Shown piece after piece: positions 23,095-36,291 of a DNA stretch of 64,000 bases. Under the pieces are notes generated by a model. That model ran no database searches. It saw only the letters and a program-made list of their open reading frames with translations, and was not told the DNA's origin. Made by a program: the position numbers and the translations under genes. Where the stretch lies: contig NC_043011.1 in the NCBI RefSeq assembly GCF_006345805.1, positions 65,360,464 through 65,424,463 on the forward strand, read 5' to 3'. Position 1 is the first letter of the stretch, and each line of letters opens with the position of its first letter. The stretch comes from Octopus sinensis. Its lineage: Eukaryota.

Positions 23095-24645
23095 TCTTGT
23101 TTCAGCTCAGAGCTGCGGCCATGCTGATGCACCACCATTTTGTGCTACACTGTTATTACTAGGAGCCTCCTCTAATATGTGGCACTTGGTGAAGAATGGA
23201 GTTTGATACAGCTACTCTCATTTGCACCTCTTGCCGTGAGGTAGGTTCATCTGGGACTCTCGACAGGAAGAGGTCCAGCTTTGATTTAAAAACCGCTACA
23301 TCTACTTTGTGCAAGTTCCTCAGACTCTTTGGGAGAATATTAAAAAGCTGTGGGCCCTTGAAACCCAGGCAGTTGCAGAAGCTGGTCCTGAAGCGTGATG
23401 GCATTGCTGGGATTTTGGCACTATGCAGTGTCGTCCCGTTCTAGTATTGGTGTAGTTTAAAATGCTAAAAGTTGGCAAAAATTATTTCCAGGATCTTCCA
23501 GATATATATTACTGTATACGGCTCCCGTCTTCTCTCCAGGAAGTAGAGCCTTAGCTGTTTCAACCTTTTCCAGTAGCTGAGCTGTTGCAAAGGGATGATC
23601 TTCTTTGTGAATCTTCTCTGGATCGCTTGAAGGTCCGCTGTTAATTTCACAATGGTGGGTGACCATAGCTGTGCACAGTCATCCAGGCGGCTGAGGACAA
23701 ATGTCCGCCAGAGGACAATCATGGTTTCCTTATCTCTGATTCTGAATGTTCTTAGGATCCATCCAGCCAGTCGTCTGCACTTTGTCGCCATCCTGGTAAT
23801 GTGCACTTGGAAATAGGTATCATCACCCATGTCAAATCCCGGGTCCATCACAGACTTAGGCTCTAGGATTGAAATTCCCTCTGGACCGGTGTATCCTGTA
23901 AGTTTAATATTCAGTTTGGGATGCTGGCAGCGCAGGGCCTGGAATTTTTCAGCATTAAACTGCATATTATTATCCTCAGCCCATCTGTAGATTGAGTCCA
24001 GGTGTGCAACATCGCTGGGGTTCTGCATTTACTGCGAGACATTCGTATCGTCTGCATAGCTTGCCAGAGTGGCTATCCGGGCATTAGAGGGCATATCTGG
24101 GAGGGCCACTATAAAAAGTACTAGTCCCAAGACAGTACTCGGTGGAACACCGCTCACTATTTGTGTGTTCATAGAGGTGGCACCATTAACCACTACTGCC
24201 TGATTCCTATCTTTCAGGAAGTCATGTAACCACACTCCAAGTTTTCCAGCTATGCCGTGGTCAATCAGTTTGTGACAGAACATTCCATGATCCACCTTGT
24301 CAAAAGCTTTTGCAAAATCAAGGTAGATTACGTCCACATTTGATTTGTTGAGTAACTGCCTCAGCGCCCAATCATGATGTTGTAAGAGCTGGGTCAGGCA
24401 GCTCCTACCTGGTCGAAAACCATGCTGGGTATCACTCAGCAAGATATTTTCCTCAAGGAATGCGATTAGTTTCATTCTGACTATCCGTTCCATGACTTTG
24501 ATGATGTGTGAAGTCAGAGAGATAGGCCTATAGTTTTTGGCATCTGTTCTACTTCCACCTTTATGTATTGGGCATATTATTCCCTCCTTCAGTTTGCGTG
24601 GCAGTTTGCCATTCGCAAGAAAGCACCGGAAGGAAATCTTGACGG
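23095..24645 (-). mobile_element. CR1-like LINE, same family as 14040-15800, (TA)n on both sides
   Basis: [45 protein letters not shown]. 3' end CAGCATGGCCGCAGCTCTGAGCTGAAACAAG. Confidence 0.9.
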
Positions 24646-24649
24646 GTTT

Positions 24650-24718
<69 letters not shown>

Positions 24719-24773
24719 GTATATATATATGTGCGTGTATCCATATATATATCTATAAATATATATAAATATA

Positions 24774-24824
<51 letters not shown>

Positions 24825-24863
24825 GTATATGTATATGTATATATACATATATATATATGTAAA

Positions 24864-24933
<70 letters not shown>

Positions 24934-24949
24934 CGCGTGTGTGTGTGTG

Positions 24950-24995
<46 letters not shown>

Positions 24996-26150
24996 CACAT
25001 CCATCTAATTGCGTGTGCGTTTGTGTGCGCGAATCCGTGTTGTGCATAATTCGTTGGCTAATTTGTAAAGGAAGTTTTCCTCATTAACTTTCTTTTCAAG
25101 GGGTTACAAAAAATTTCAGGGATGCTTTTATCCTTACGTCACACCTTATTGCTATAGTCTGTTTAAAGAACATCACAGATGCGCCGTAAGTTATCTTCTC
25201 ATTACAAAATTGATAGAATTTCTTGAAATACTTTTCCGTTCTGTCTTCGAATTCGCCTTGAAATATCTATAAATTTTGAGCAATGATTACTCTTGACTTT
25301 TCTATTCGTAATATATTTTTAATTTGTTTGCGATGTTTGGGTAGGAAAAATGAATAGTCTGTACTATCTAATGGATTTTTGCAGCACTGACATTCTTTTT
25401 CATTGCTATTAACTTTTCAATATAGAAACAATATACCATAAATGTTTTCGAAACTATTGCTGATGTTGATAGCAGAAAACACTTGAGAATGTTTTCTGTC
25501 ATCATGAGACGGGTCGATACATTTAGATGCGAATTAAATTTCGTGAACAGACAATAACTGCTTTGAAGTATATAAGTGAGCTTTATTAAACACGGAAACC
25601 AGATTATTTACTACACTTAATTCCTTAAGTCGAACGAGACGCTTCAATCCAAGCCCCAGATGTCATCACAAAACGCTTCCTTATTTGGTGTTGTATTAAG
25701 TTGTGACTGGTGTAGTGTATATTTTAAACGCCACCAGAAGGATTCCATTTTTTATAAAGCTCATGTATCACTAGTAAAGTCAGTGAAGTTCATTGTTTTA
25801 CTAACTACATAGAAAACATTTTGTAAACTCGCTCCTGACAAATTCTCTGTCAAGAGAAACAGGCTATTCAAAATTAAACAAAAAATTAAATATTAGCAAA
25901 TATAAGTCTCTAGTATTAGTGTCATTCATGAGAATCGATCTTGAAGGTATAGTGTTCTAAAAACCAGCGCCGCATTTGTTTTCATGCTTTCGTATTGAAT
26001 CTACAATACAATTTAAATTGGGAGCAATAATGGCAGGTAGTATAAGGGATAATATAATTGCATACATCGCTTAAGATATCGTGAATGATAACCTTTATAC
26101 CCCCCTCATTAGGATATACATACACACATACATAGATACACATGCATAAG

Positions 26151-26195
<45 letters not shown>

Positions 26196-26267
26196 TTTTG
26201 TGTAGATAAATTAAATCCAGATTTGCAAAATTATTTGTATTTCAACATATGTGTTATTTCTTTGCAG

Positions 26268-26294
26268 AACCTGGGCAATCCTTCTAGCGTTAAG
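26268..26294 (+). other. Candidate 27-nt exon (probably 5' UTR)
   Basis: TTATTTCTTTGCAG| ... AAG|GTAATT (GTAAGT in X'). Followed by a 92-nt GT-AG interval ending CTTTCTTCAG at 26386. Confidence 0.4.
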
Positions 26295-26485
26295 GTAATT
26301 GATTTCATTCCAACAATTCCCCCAGCAACCTGTTTATACTGCAATATCTTTGACCGAATCCCATTTCACTTGAGAACTTTCTTCAGGAATATTATTATAA
26401 ATTACGGAGATGTACTTGCATAGCAAATGACCTGATTTGAATCGTGTGCTGGAACGAAAACACTCGCAGTGTGGAAGATGTTTAT

Positions 26486-26617
26486 ATGCCATTTAAGAAA
26501 CTCAGAAAAAACGTTAGATTCACTTTAACATCAAAATTTAATTTGCCAAAATATTTTCGTCGCTTTGAGACCGCGACCTGTTCCCTCACAAAATTCATTG
26601 CTGCGTCTGTGATAATT
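26486..26617 (+). CDS. Candidate coding exon MPFKKLRKNVRFTLTSKFNLPKYFRRFETATCSLTKFIAASVII, phase-0 donor
   Basis: ATG to ATT|GTAAGT. One difference from X' in 132 nt, while frame-breaking indels occur just upstream of the ATG. Confidence 0.35.
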
Positions 26618-27868
26618 GTAAGTATAATTACGGATTGCTTTATGCATTATAATTGTAACATCATAGCAACAAATATTCAAGCATTTTCTTCATTTATTAT
26701 TACATAGCGGTCAAATAACATGAGATATTTACGAGTTGACAACTGCGTGAATATTACAATATCAATACATTCATTACTAATTGCATAATTGTTTTGATAT
26801 TATTATATAAATATTTAAGATACATCTACAATAAGGAGTTAGAAATCTCATTAATATGCAGAGGTGAAACTCATAGTACCTTTTGCTATATAATTTCAGG
26901 CTGAAATTACTAATGAATGTCATACACATTCACGTTAAGATGAAGGAAGTTGTTGCAATATTTCTATTCAAATTCTGCGGAGGTTGCCTTTCGTCGTTTT
27001 GGGGTTGATAAATTAAATACCATTTGCTTACTGAGGTCGATCAAATCGAATGTCCCGCTCCCGCACAATAATAATAATGATGATATTACCGGCCTTGTGC
27101 CCAGAGTAGAACAGAATATATTGTATTGGTCCTCTATAGTGAACAGCTATAACAGCACGATTGCCTCGGCTCATATCCAACACACATCGCCTGAAAGAAA
27201 CAGGAAGAAATATGTTAGCGCTCCCCCAGAGAAGGTTTGAACCCAGTTTTTCTTCTGCAAAGTGCACCACATTTAACTCACTAGTCTGTGACACCCTGGT
27301 ACCGCCTTAATGTTTCTATCTTTTAACCTGAATTATCATCAGCAAGATCCTAGTAAATCTCATATTTGTTAATGAATGGAAGAATATAATCAGTAAATTT
27401 CTTGTATAATTAACGTTGAACTAATTTGAACATACGTGGATTCCAGACTTATCTATATATATATCCTTTTCTCCAATTCTCGTTCCAGATCTGTTTCAAA
27501 GAATATTCCTGGCTACATTCGCGATTCAATTATTAAAGCAAAAATAAGGGCAGTGGTGAAATAATTTTTTTTTCCGTAATTCACAGTTGTTGTACAAGAT
27601 TAAATATTTGAAATGTGTTGTAATGGGAACCTCTTAACGAATGAGTATTGTTCTTTCATATAAGATTCACACGTTCTGAAATTCTGTATAATCAATATCT
27701 AGAGGGGACACTTTTGAAAATAATCGGAGAAAAAGTAGAATATGTTCACATATTGTTTGTGATAATATTATTGGTAGATAAACGCGTTGTTATACCAATT
27801 GCAATGTGTTTAATGTATGCTTGGCTGTATATGTATGTGCGTGAGCATATTTATATATATATAAACAC

Positions 27869-27979
<111 letters not shown>

Positions 27980-28589
27980 TACATATATATATTTATATAT
28001 ATATATATGTGTGTGTGTGTGTTTGTGGTGTGTGTTGAATGAATGTATATACATATATATATATATATAGTAGTTCTGAAGATCTAACTTATTCAATTGG
28101 TGACATTTATTAAAGTTGTTACAAGACTTAACTTCACTTGTTAATATTTGGAAATTTACTAAAATTTGTACCGGGGGTATCTCTTCATCTAATTGCGTAA
28201 TTCGTTACACATGTCAAATTTATACCTAGAAGGACCTATAGTTTCATAAAAAGTATTGTGTCCCTGTTTTTATTACAACCTTCCACTCTTATCAATGTTG
28301 ATATATATGCGTCGTTAGAAACATTAATTGGAAATGCAAGATACACATAATGGATGAATTCAGAGAAGTGTACGAAAGATTTTACATGGGATGACAAGAA
28401 AGATACCCTGAAGTAAGATATTTCGTGGAATCGCCTTGAAGTTTAGAACGAATAATCAAAGAAACCCGGTATATATTATAAGAATGCGTTCATTGGTACT
28501 ATATAACTGGAGAAATACAATTCCGTTCGATAGAAAATAATGATACACACACACATATATTAGCTTGCGATATACAGACGGAATCAAAT

Positions 28590-29135
28590 TCAAAGTCAAA
28601 TTAGTCACGTGTCTCAATATGATGTGTTTAATCAAGCTTTCAATTAATATGTAAGATTAGACCAGGAACAGCAATTTTGCTATAGTTACTGCGGCGGATT
28701 ATTATTGGACGCTACTTTATGAGAGGCATGATAAATCACAAAGAGTAAGAATGTCAGAAATGAAAGACACCACAATGTATCATACACATACAACAATATC
28801 GGAATTACAAAAGTATAACAGTAAGAAGATTAAAACTGTTTGCACGTCTTACACATACGCAAGTTCAAAGACATTCACCCAGATTGCCAAGTTAACCCCA
28901 AGATATACACATACACGGGCATGCATACTTTACCCATGTATTTAAATGGAATGTTTTATCACAGGATAGGAGGTGTAAACGTGTAACACAGGAAGAGAAG
29001 TGGTAAGGAAGTGTACAGATTCGGAGATAGATCACAGAATGTGAAGAAATTATATATAGTTGTTCATCGATTGAGCAATTTATTAGTTGTCTAATGATAG
29101 AAGATTAATCATAAATGTTGCGGCTGGATATCCAC
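28590..29135 (+). repeat. Block Y
   Basis: Reverse complement of 43190-43745. Confidence 0.9.
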
Positions 29136-29289
29136 CATCTATTACAAGTGTATCAATTTCAAATACATTTTTCACTTGATGGTTTTACAGCAATTATTAA
29201 ATCTCAATATTTATGCCATATAATCAGTGACACACACACACACACACACACATACACACACATAATTGGTCACACGGTCACATGTAAAA

Positions 29290-30240
29290 TCTGATTTTCG
29301 TATATATAGTTGCAATGGCGAAAGACCGGATAATAATAATAATGGAAGAATTTCAAATAAACAGAACAAAATACACCAATATTTAGTACCACCTTCTCAG
29401 AGACCCTACCAATAAAATCTGCTATATTTGTCCCCAACAAAAGAATGTCCTCAACAATGTCGTACTACAATCTTTTTGAAAGCATATCCGCCATCGCCGC
29501 TGCTCAAACCACGCAGCGTGTAGTAAGCGTGACGGGATAGAAGTTAAATAGATCAAAGTTACAAAGCCATTAAAAAGAGAAACAAGAAAGAGCAGATCGA
29601 ACCGCTGTTAGATACCAACAGATAGATGCCTCCTAACGACCATGCACCACCACCAAGGAGAACAGCGGCTACATCGTGAATATACACTCCATCATCTCCA
29701 CCCACAACTCCACTATCGGCATTATCACAGGTATATGCACAATCAAATTCATAAACAAATCTGATTACATCACACAACATAAACAACAGTAAGAAATTGC
29801 AAGATGCACACCCAGAAACACAGACAATTATAATCTAATTAATTATATACAGAAACATATAAACAGCGCAATAAACACCCCGAATAAGTTAAAGCCTATG
29901 AGTTAAAACTAAACGAATTATGTACGGAGCTGCTCGTGAAATACCTACAGTTTGCATCAAAGACAGACGACCAACCTATCTGCCGAAACAAAATAACCGA
30001 CTGTTATATGCCACTTTTCAAAAATGCATTTCATCAGAATATACGTACATGAGGCTAGAGTCGATCTGGGAGGACAGCTGTCTACTCCTAAAGGTCATGC
30101 TACTAAATTTAGCTGAGGTGCCATCAACGAGACCTCATTTTCTGATCAGGTAGGAGTTTCGTCGTTCATACAATAATTAGTTCCATAAATTATCTTTTGT
30201 TTATATTAAATCATTTCCGGGTCTATACATCATAAACCTG
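29290..30240 (+). repeat. Block Z
   Basis: Reverse complement of 40075-41020. The paired ORFs in the track are near-identical. Confidence 0.95.
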
Positions 30241-31277
30241 AGGTCTCCCGGTTTCAGTCCCCTGTAGGCCATAGGGCGCAACGGTATGATGGATAGCTCT
30301 TGTTCAGAATGTTTGAAGTTAGCATGCTTAGAGATGGACGGAGGGAAGGGTGAATAAAGTGCATTGCGGGATTGCGTTAGGCCTGACTGGTCTGCGATGT
30401 TTATTGGGAAAGCGAATTGTGTGTTACAATTTTACTCCAGTGTTTGGGATCTTGGAGATTTTGCCGTAACCACCTTTGGTTATAATATCACTCATGATTA
30501 TAAAAGATGTCCTCAGTTGCTGATATGTTAGATATTTTAATGGAAACCTCGGTGACGATGCTTTTACAGGTAAATTCAAGCTGATTGGTTTAGTCTTTTA
30601 TATACTGCAGCAATACATTCATGGGGTTAATGTAAATTTTGCTTCTAAGTCGAGAGAGACACATCTAAGAAGTGAGCTATTTGGATGTTATTTCCATAGG
30701 ATTAAATAATGTTATAATTTTCAAAGATACGCCGATGGAGATCCAAGTGTATTCGCCGAACGTTCGAGATTAAAGCAGTGGCATTGAAAAGTGTACTACG
30801 TACGTTATGGACCAAGGAAAAGGTTTAGAAATCGTTGGTTAATCTGGGAATGAAAGAATAGATGAACCAGATCAGTAGCCGGTGATATACCAAACATCAA
30901 ATATGCAATCGCTGATACACGTACACACACATACACAGACACACACACACACACATACACACGCGCAAACACCACCCCCACACACACACGTAGACATATA
31001 TATAGATATGACTTTATATCATGATGAAAAATGCATTTAAAATATTTATAATTTTTATAAATTTCGAACGAAACAGCTGATGGAAGGTGTGAATGCCATT
31101 TACATTTGCATTTTATACCTACACCTCAGCAAGGAACCGCTTGGATTGGATTTATTTTTTTAAAACTGGATTTGATACTTACGTAAGAAAACGATACATA
31201 ATATACACTCCGACTGAGAATCCGTCCATGACTATACACACATATTCACTGAATTAACTCATATACATATATAGTTG

Positions 31278-31335
<58 letters not shown>

Positions 31336-31921
31336 CACACACTCACACACTATACTAGTATATGGCTTCCTAATGCGGTCCCATTTTAGAGAATGTGTAT
31401 AAATTTTAAGGGTTTTGACAGGATCCTAGCGTAAAATTTGCAGGTTGATAAAAATAGATTAAAGTTCATATACGTATATATTTGCGTTTTGCACAATATC
31501 CTGTCGAATTCATTGGCATGTATTAGGTAAAGAATGTGGAATATAATTCTAGATATATATTACTGTTATTCATAGTGAGCATATAAGCGATGTAGAAGAA
31601 TTTGCCAAAGGTGGAGAGGTGTCCATGTGGATGTGTGAACATGCTTTATCTTTTGAATGTCGTTTTGTTTATTGAGCAATCACTCGGGGAAATTCATTTC
31701 ACTAATATTTAAACTGTTCTGTATTGATATCAGATGGAATTACGTCGATCCATTCAATGTTACACCGTTCCTGCATGAAATTGTCTGTGAGATAATCATT
31801 AAGAGACATGTTAAATATGAAACTGAAATATGACGTATTACATTTAATGTAACTCGGAGAGGATTACCTTCTCTTCTACAATATTACTGTTTGTAACCTA
31901 TATTGTAGTTTAGAGGATATA

Positions 31922-32112
31922 AGGCGGCGAGCTGGCAGATACGATTGCACGCCGGGCGAATTGCGTAGCCGTATTTCGTCTGCCGTTACGTTCTGGGTTC
32001 AAATTCCGCCGAGGTCCACTTTGCCTTTCACACTTTCAGGGTTGAGAAGTTAAGTACTTGTTTCGCACTGATGTCGATGTATTCGACTTAATCCCTTTGT
32101 CTGTCCTTGTTT
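31922..32112 (+). mobile_element. tRNA-derived SINE (octopus OK/OR-type), near full length
   Basis: GGCGGCGAGCTGGCAG (A-box-like), GGGTTCAAATTCC (B box), body CCGAGGTCCACTTTGCCTTTC. Confidence 0.8.
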
Positions 32113-33288
32113 AGAGGATATCTAAGTAATTCTAAACTCTAGAGATTGTCATATATCAAAGATAGATTTGTAATTGAGACAAAATGTGCCAATCTATAAA
32201 ATAATGAATAGAAAAAGCTAAACGGTTAAGTAAATATATTCCACTAAGTACATTTCAAGGTAATATAATTAAACATAATCCGATTGGTATTAACATCTTT
32301 ATTTTCAATTATTAGTTAGCATTTGGCATTGAAAATTAAAATTATGAGAAACTTGTAAAACAAAGATATACGTTTAAGTTTCAGATGTTTCCTTATTCTA
32401 GGTATTGATATATTTCAAACGTTCAAGATCGAATCATCGAAAGGATTTAGTTGATAATGCATGCTGATTATGATTGCAACCATGTACCTATATTCAATAA
32501 ATAAACCACAAATGCAGAAAGAAGAACCGGTATGTAAAATGTCACCTGTAAAATAAATAGGAATGAATGTTAGACATAAACATTGAAAGTAGTGTCATGT
32601 GAATTACAGAATTATGTCGATGTGTATATATTTCTATTTATTAAACGTTGTTGTGTTACACGGCATATCACTTCGGATATTTCAGGTTTGTTGTAGAAAT
32701 GAGCGACGGACATAAATTTCTAAAAGAGACCACCAGAAAGAGAGCGATGGTGTCAATGACGAGTTTGCACCGATTTATAATTAAAGAAAAACAGAAAGAG
32801 AATTATTGCGTAGGTAAAAATTGAGTCCTTGCTACTCGCCCCATGAAAAGATAGGGACTATATTGTTTAGCCCTTTTTGGCTGCTGAATATAAATGAAGG
32901 TTAACAAAATTGCGATGAATGAAATCACATTCATGAAACCTTTTTTCGTTTATTTTTCTAACCTTATAGAGTACCAGATGTTTTAATTAGGGGTCAAAAT
33001 ATTTTAATAATTATTTCATCTTCTTTCTTTATTCATAAATGTGTTAACATTATGAACGTATTTTTATCGCAGTGATATTCAAATTCTCATATTCAAATTA
33101 GTTTGGTAGAACTGCCATCATTCCATCAATTACAAATGGTTATATTACAATAAATTATAAAAGAAAATAAAAATCAATATACAGGACGGCACAGTTTTTA
33201 TCGATCTCCAGGTTTTGGAACATAACACCGCGATAGTCATTTACTTTCATATTGCAACGCCAATGTAGCCAATGCTAAAAATAAGTTG

Positions 33289-33337
<49 letters not shown>

Positions 33338-33339
33338 TA

Positions 33340-34370
33340 CTTTTTTTTTCTTCTTTCAAATTTTCTTCCATTTCTTGCCGAGTGTCTTCCCGACTCCTAG
33401 GGCAAAGAAACTCATAGTGTATATTGGTAGGCCATTAAACAAAACTCAGTAGTTCGTTCATATTTTTTTTTTTGTTTTTAAAGTTAAATTAAAATACATG
33501 AGCAGCAACAGTTCTCACATCGACAATGCTCTTCTCAATACGTGTGATGTACCAGTTAAGACAATTTTTGCACTTCTTGCAGGGATGGTAAGCTAGGGAT
33601 CATTCTCATATAATTTTCGGTTCCCTTCTTGATCATTCCTAGTGCTCCTACGATCACTGGTATTGTAACCGCATTGAGATGCCACATTTTCTCAATTTCA
33701 ATGAGCAGGTCTTTATATTTTCTGAGCTTGTCAAACTCTTTCACCGAGATATTATGATCACAGGGGATGCTCATGTCGATCAAGAAGCAAACTTTATTGT
33801 TTTGGTCTTTCACAACAATATCTGGTTTATTGGCCTTGATGGTTCTGTCTGTATGTACTGGAAAGTCCCACAGAATCGTTACATTTTCTCCTTCAGTTAC
33901 AGCCTCAGGGTGGTGATTATACCACTTGTCGGCAGTTTTGATATTGTAATGCCGACTTATTAGCCAGTGGAGATATTGGCCAACTCTGTCATGTCTTAAT
34001 TTATACTCCACTGGTGCTAAGACTTTACATCCAGAGATTAGGTGGTCCACAGTTTTAATCATGTCGTTGCAGAATCGGCATTTTGGGTCTGCTCCATTTT
34101 TCATCACATTGGCCTGGTAGTTCCGGGTTAATAGGCTTTGGTCTTGAGCAGCCAAGATGAAACCTTCGCTCTCTGCATTTAGCCCTGAGCTCCGCAGCCA
34201 CTAATGGGATGGCTTCTGGTCAACATCAGCTTGTTTGCTGCGGGTCACATATTTGCCGTGCAGAGGTTTCTCCTCCCACCTATCAGCCAATTGCTCGTGC
34301 GCTTTTTTCATTGCCATCATTTTCACCTTCTTTGCAACAATAGTTGCCGTACTTCCCTCGGGTTGTTCAG
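33340..34370 (-). mobile_element. R4/Dong LINE family B, copy 1 (5'-truncated)
   Basis: CRFCNDMIKTVDHLISGC, RHDRV, NKPDIVV..LIDMSIP..KYKDL. (TAA)n on both sides. Confidence 0.9.
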
Positions 34371-34375
34371 TTATA

Positions 34376-34424
<49 letters not shown>

Positions 34425-34425
<1 letters not shown>

Positions 34426-36078
34426 TTTTTTTTCTTCTTTCAAATTTTCTTCCATTTCTTGCCGAGTGTCTTCCCGACTCCTAGGGCAAAGAAACTCATA
34501 GTGTATATTGGTAGGCCATTAAACCAAACTCAGTAGTTCGTTCATTTAAAAAAAATTTTTTTTTAGTTAAATTAAAATACATGAGCAGCAACAGTTCTCA
34601 CATCGACAATGCTCTTCTCAATACGTGTGATGTACCAGTTAAGACAATCTTTTGCACTTCTTGCAGGGATGGTAAGCCAGGGATCATTCTCATATTATTT
34701 TCGGTTCCCTTCTTGATCATTCCTAGTGCTCCTACGATCACTGGTATTGTAACCGCCTTGAGATGCCACATTTTCTCAATTTCAATGAGTAGGTCTTTAT
34801 TTTTCTGAGCTTGTCAAACTCTTTCGCTGAGATATTATGATCACAGGGGATGCTCATGTCGATCAATAAGCAAACTTTATTGTTTTGGTCTTTCACAACA
34901 ATATCTGGTTTATTGGCCTTGATGGTTCGGTCTGTATGTACTGGAAAGTCCCACAGAATCGTTACATTTCTCCTTCAGTTACAGCCTCAGGGTGGTGATT
35001 ATACCACTTGTCGGCAGTTTTGATATTGTAATGCCGACTTATTAGCCAGTGGAGATATTGGCCAACTATGTCATGTCTTAATTTATACTCCACTGGTGCT
35101 AAGACTTTACATCCAGAGATTAGGTGGTCCACTGTTTCAATCATGTCGTTGCAGAATCGGCATTTTGGGTCTGCTCCATTTTCATCACGTTGGCCTGGTA
35201 GTTCCGGGTTAATAGGCTTTGGTCTTTTGAGCAGCCAAGATGAAACCTTCGCTCTCTGCATTTAGCCCTGAGCTCCGCAGCCACTGATGGGATTGGCTTC
35301 TGGTCAACATCAGCTTGTTTGCTGCGGGTCACATATTTGCCGTGCAGAGGTTTCTCCTCCCACCTATCAGCCAATTGCTCGTGCGCTTTTTTCATTGCCA
35401 TCATTTTCACCTTCTTTGCAACAATAGTTGCCGTACTTCCCTCGGGTTGTTCAGTTTGGGTATCCTGCACGAGATCAATAGCAAATTTTTTGCTTTCCTT
35501 GATGATAGAATGAAGCTTCTTTCGTCTCTCGTGATTTTCCACGAGCTTTAGCATCCAGTCATTCGATATTTCGAGATATTTGGCCAGTCCAATTGTGGTT
35601 GTTTTGTAAGCTAGTTCAAATTGGATCAGGCCTCGACCTCCTTGGGCTCTGGGAAGGTAAAGGCGATCTACGTCTGCCTTTGGGTGGTGCATCCTATTAC
35701 AACTCAGCAGCTTGCGTATTTTTCTATCTATATTCTTTACTTCACTCATATTCCAGTTCAACACGTTGTAGCTATAAGTAACAACTGGAACTGCTAGGGA
35801 ATTTATAGCTAACAATTGTACGTGCATTAGTTCAGATTTCAGGACTGCACGAACTCTCCTATAACATTCCTTCCTGATTTTCTCTTTCATGCTTGCATGC
35901 TGAATACCAGAGCCTTCATTTATCCCTAAATATTTGTATGTTTGTTCTTGCTCAAGCTCTCTTATGACTGTGTCAACATCTAACACGACTGAATTTGTGG
36001 TCTTCACTTTCCCTTTCTGGAAAGTGGCCTTGGCACACTTCTCAAGTCCAAACTCCATCCCGATGTCATCGCTGAATG
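34425..36078 (-). mobile_element. R4/Dong LINE family B, copy 2 (5'-truncated)
   Basis: FGLEKCAKATF, HPKADVDRLYLPRAQGGRGL. The 3' kb is near-identical to copy 1. Confidence 0.9.
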
Positions 36079-36079
36079 C

Positions 36080-36113
<34 letters not shown>

Positions 36114-36192
36114 GATTGTTTTTAGTATTATTATAATTAATATTATCATTATTATTATTATTATTATTATTATCATTATTATTATTATCATG

Positions 36193-36234
<42 letters not shown>

Positions 36235-36291
36235 TTATTATTATTACTATTACTATTATTATTGATATTGTTATTTTATTATCGTTATTAT

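Noticed and set aside
28960-29005. AG..GT bounded mini-exon in block Y
   Set aside because: Its length differs by 2 nt between Y and Y' and the acceptor position shifts, so support is insufficient.
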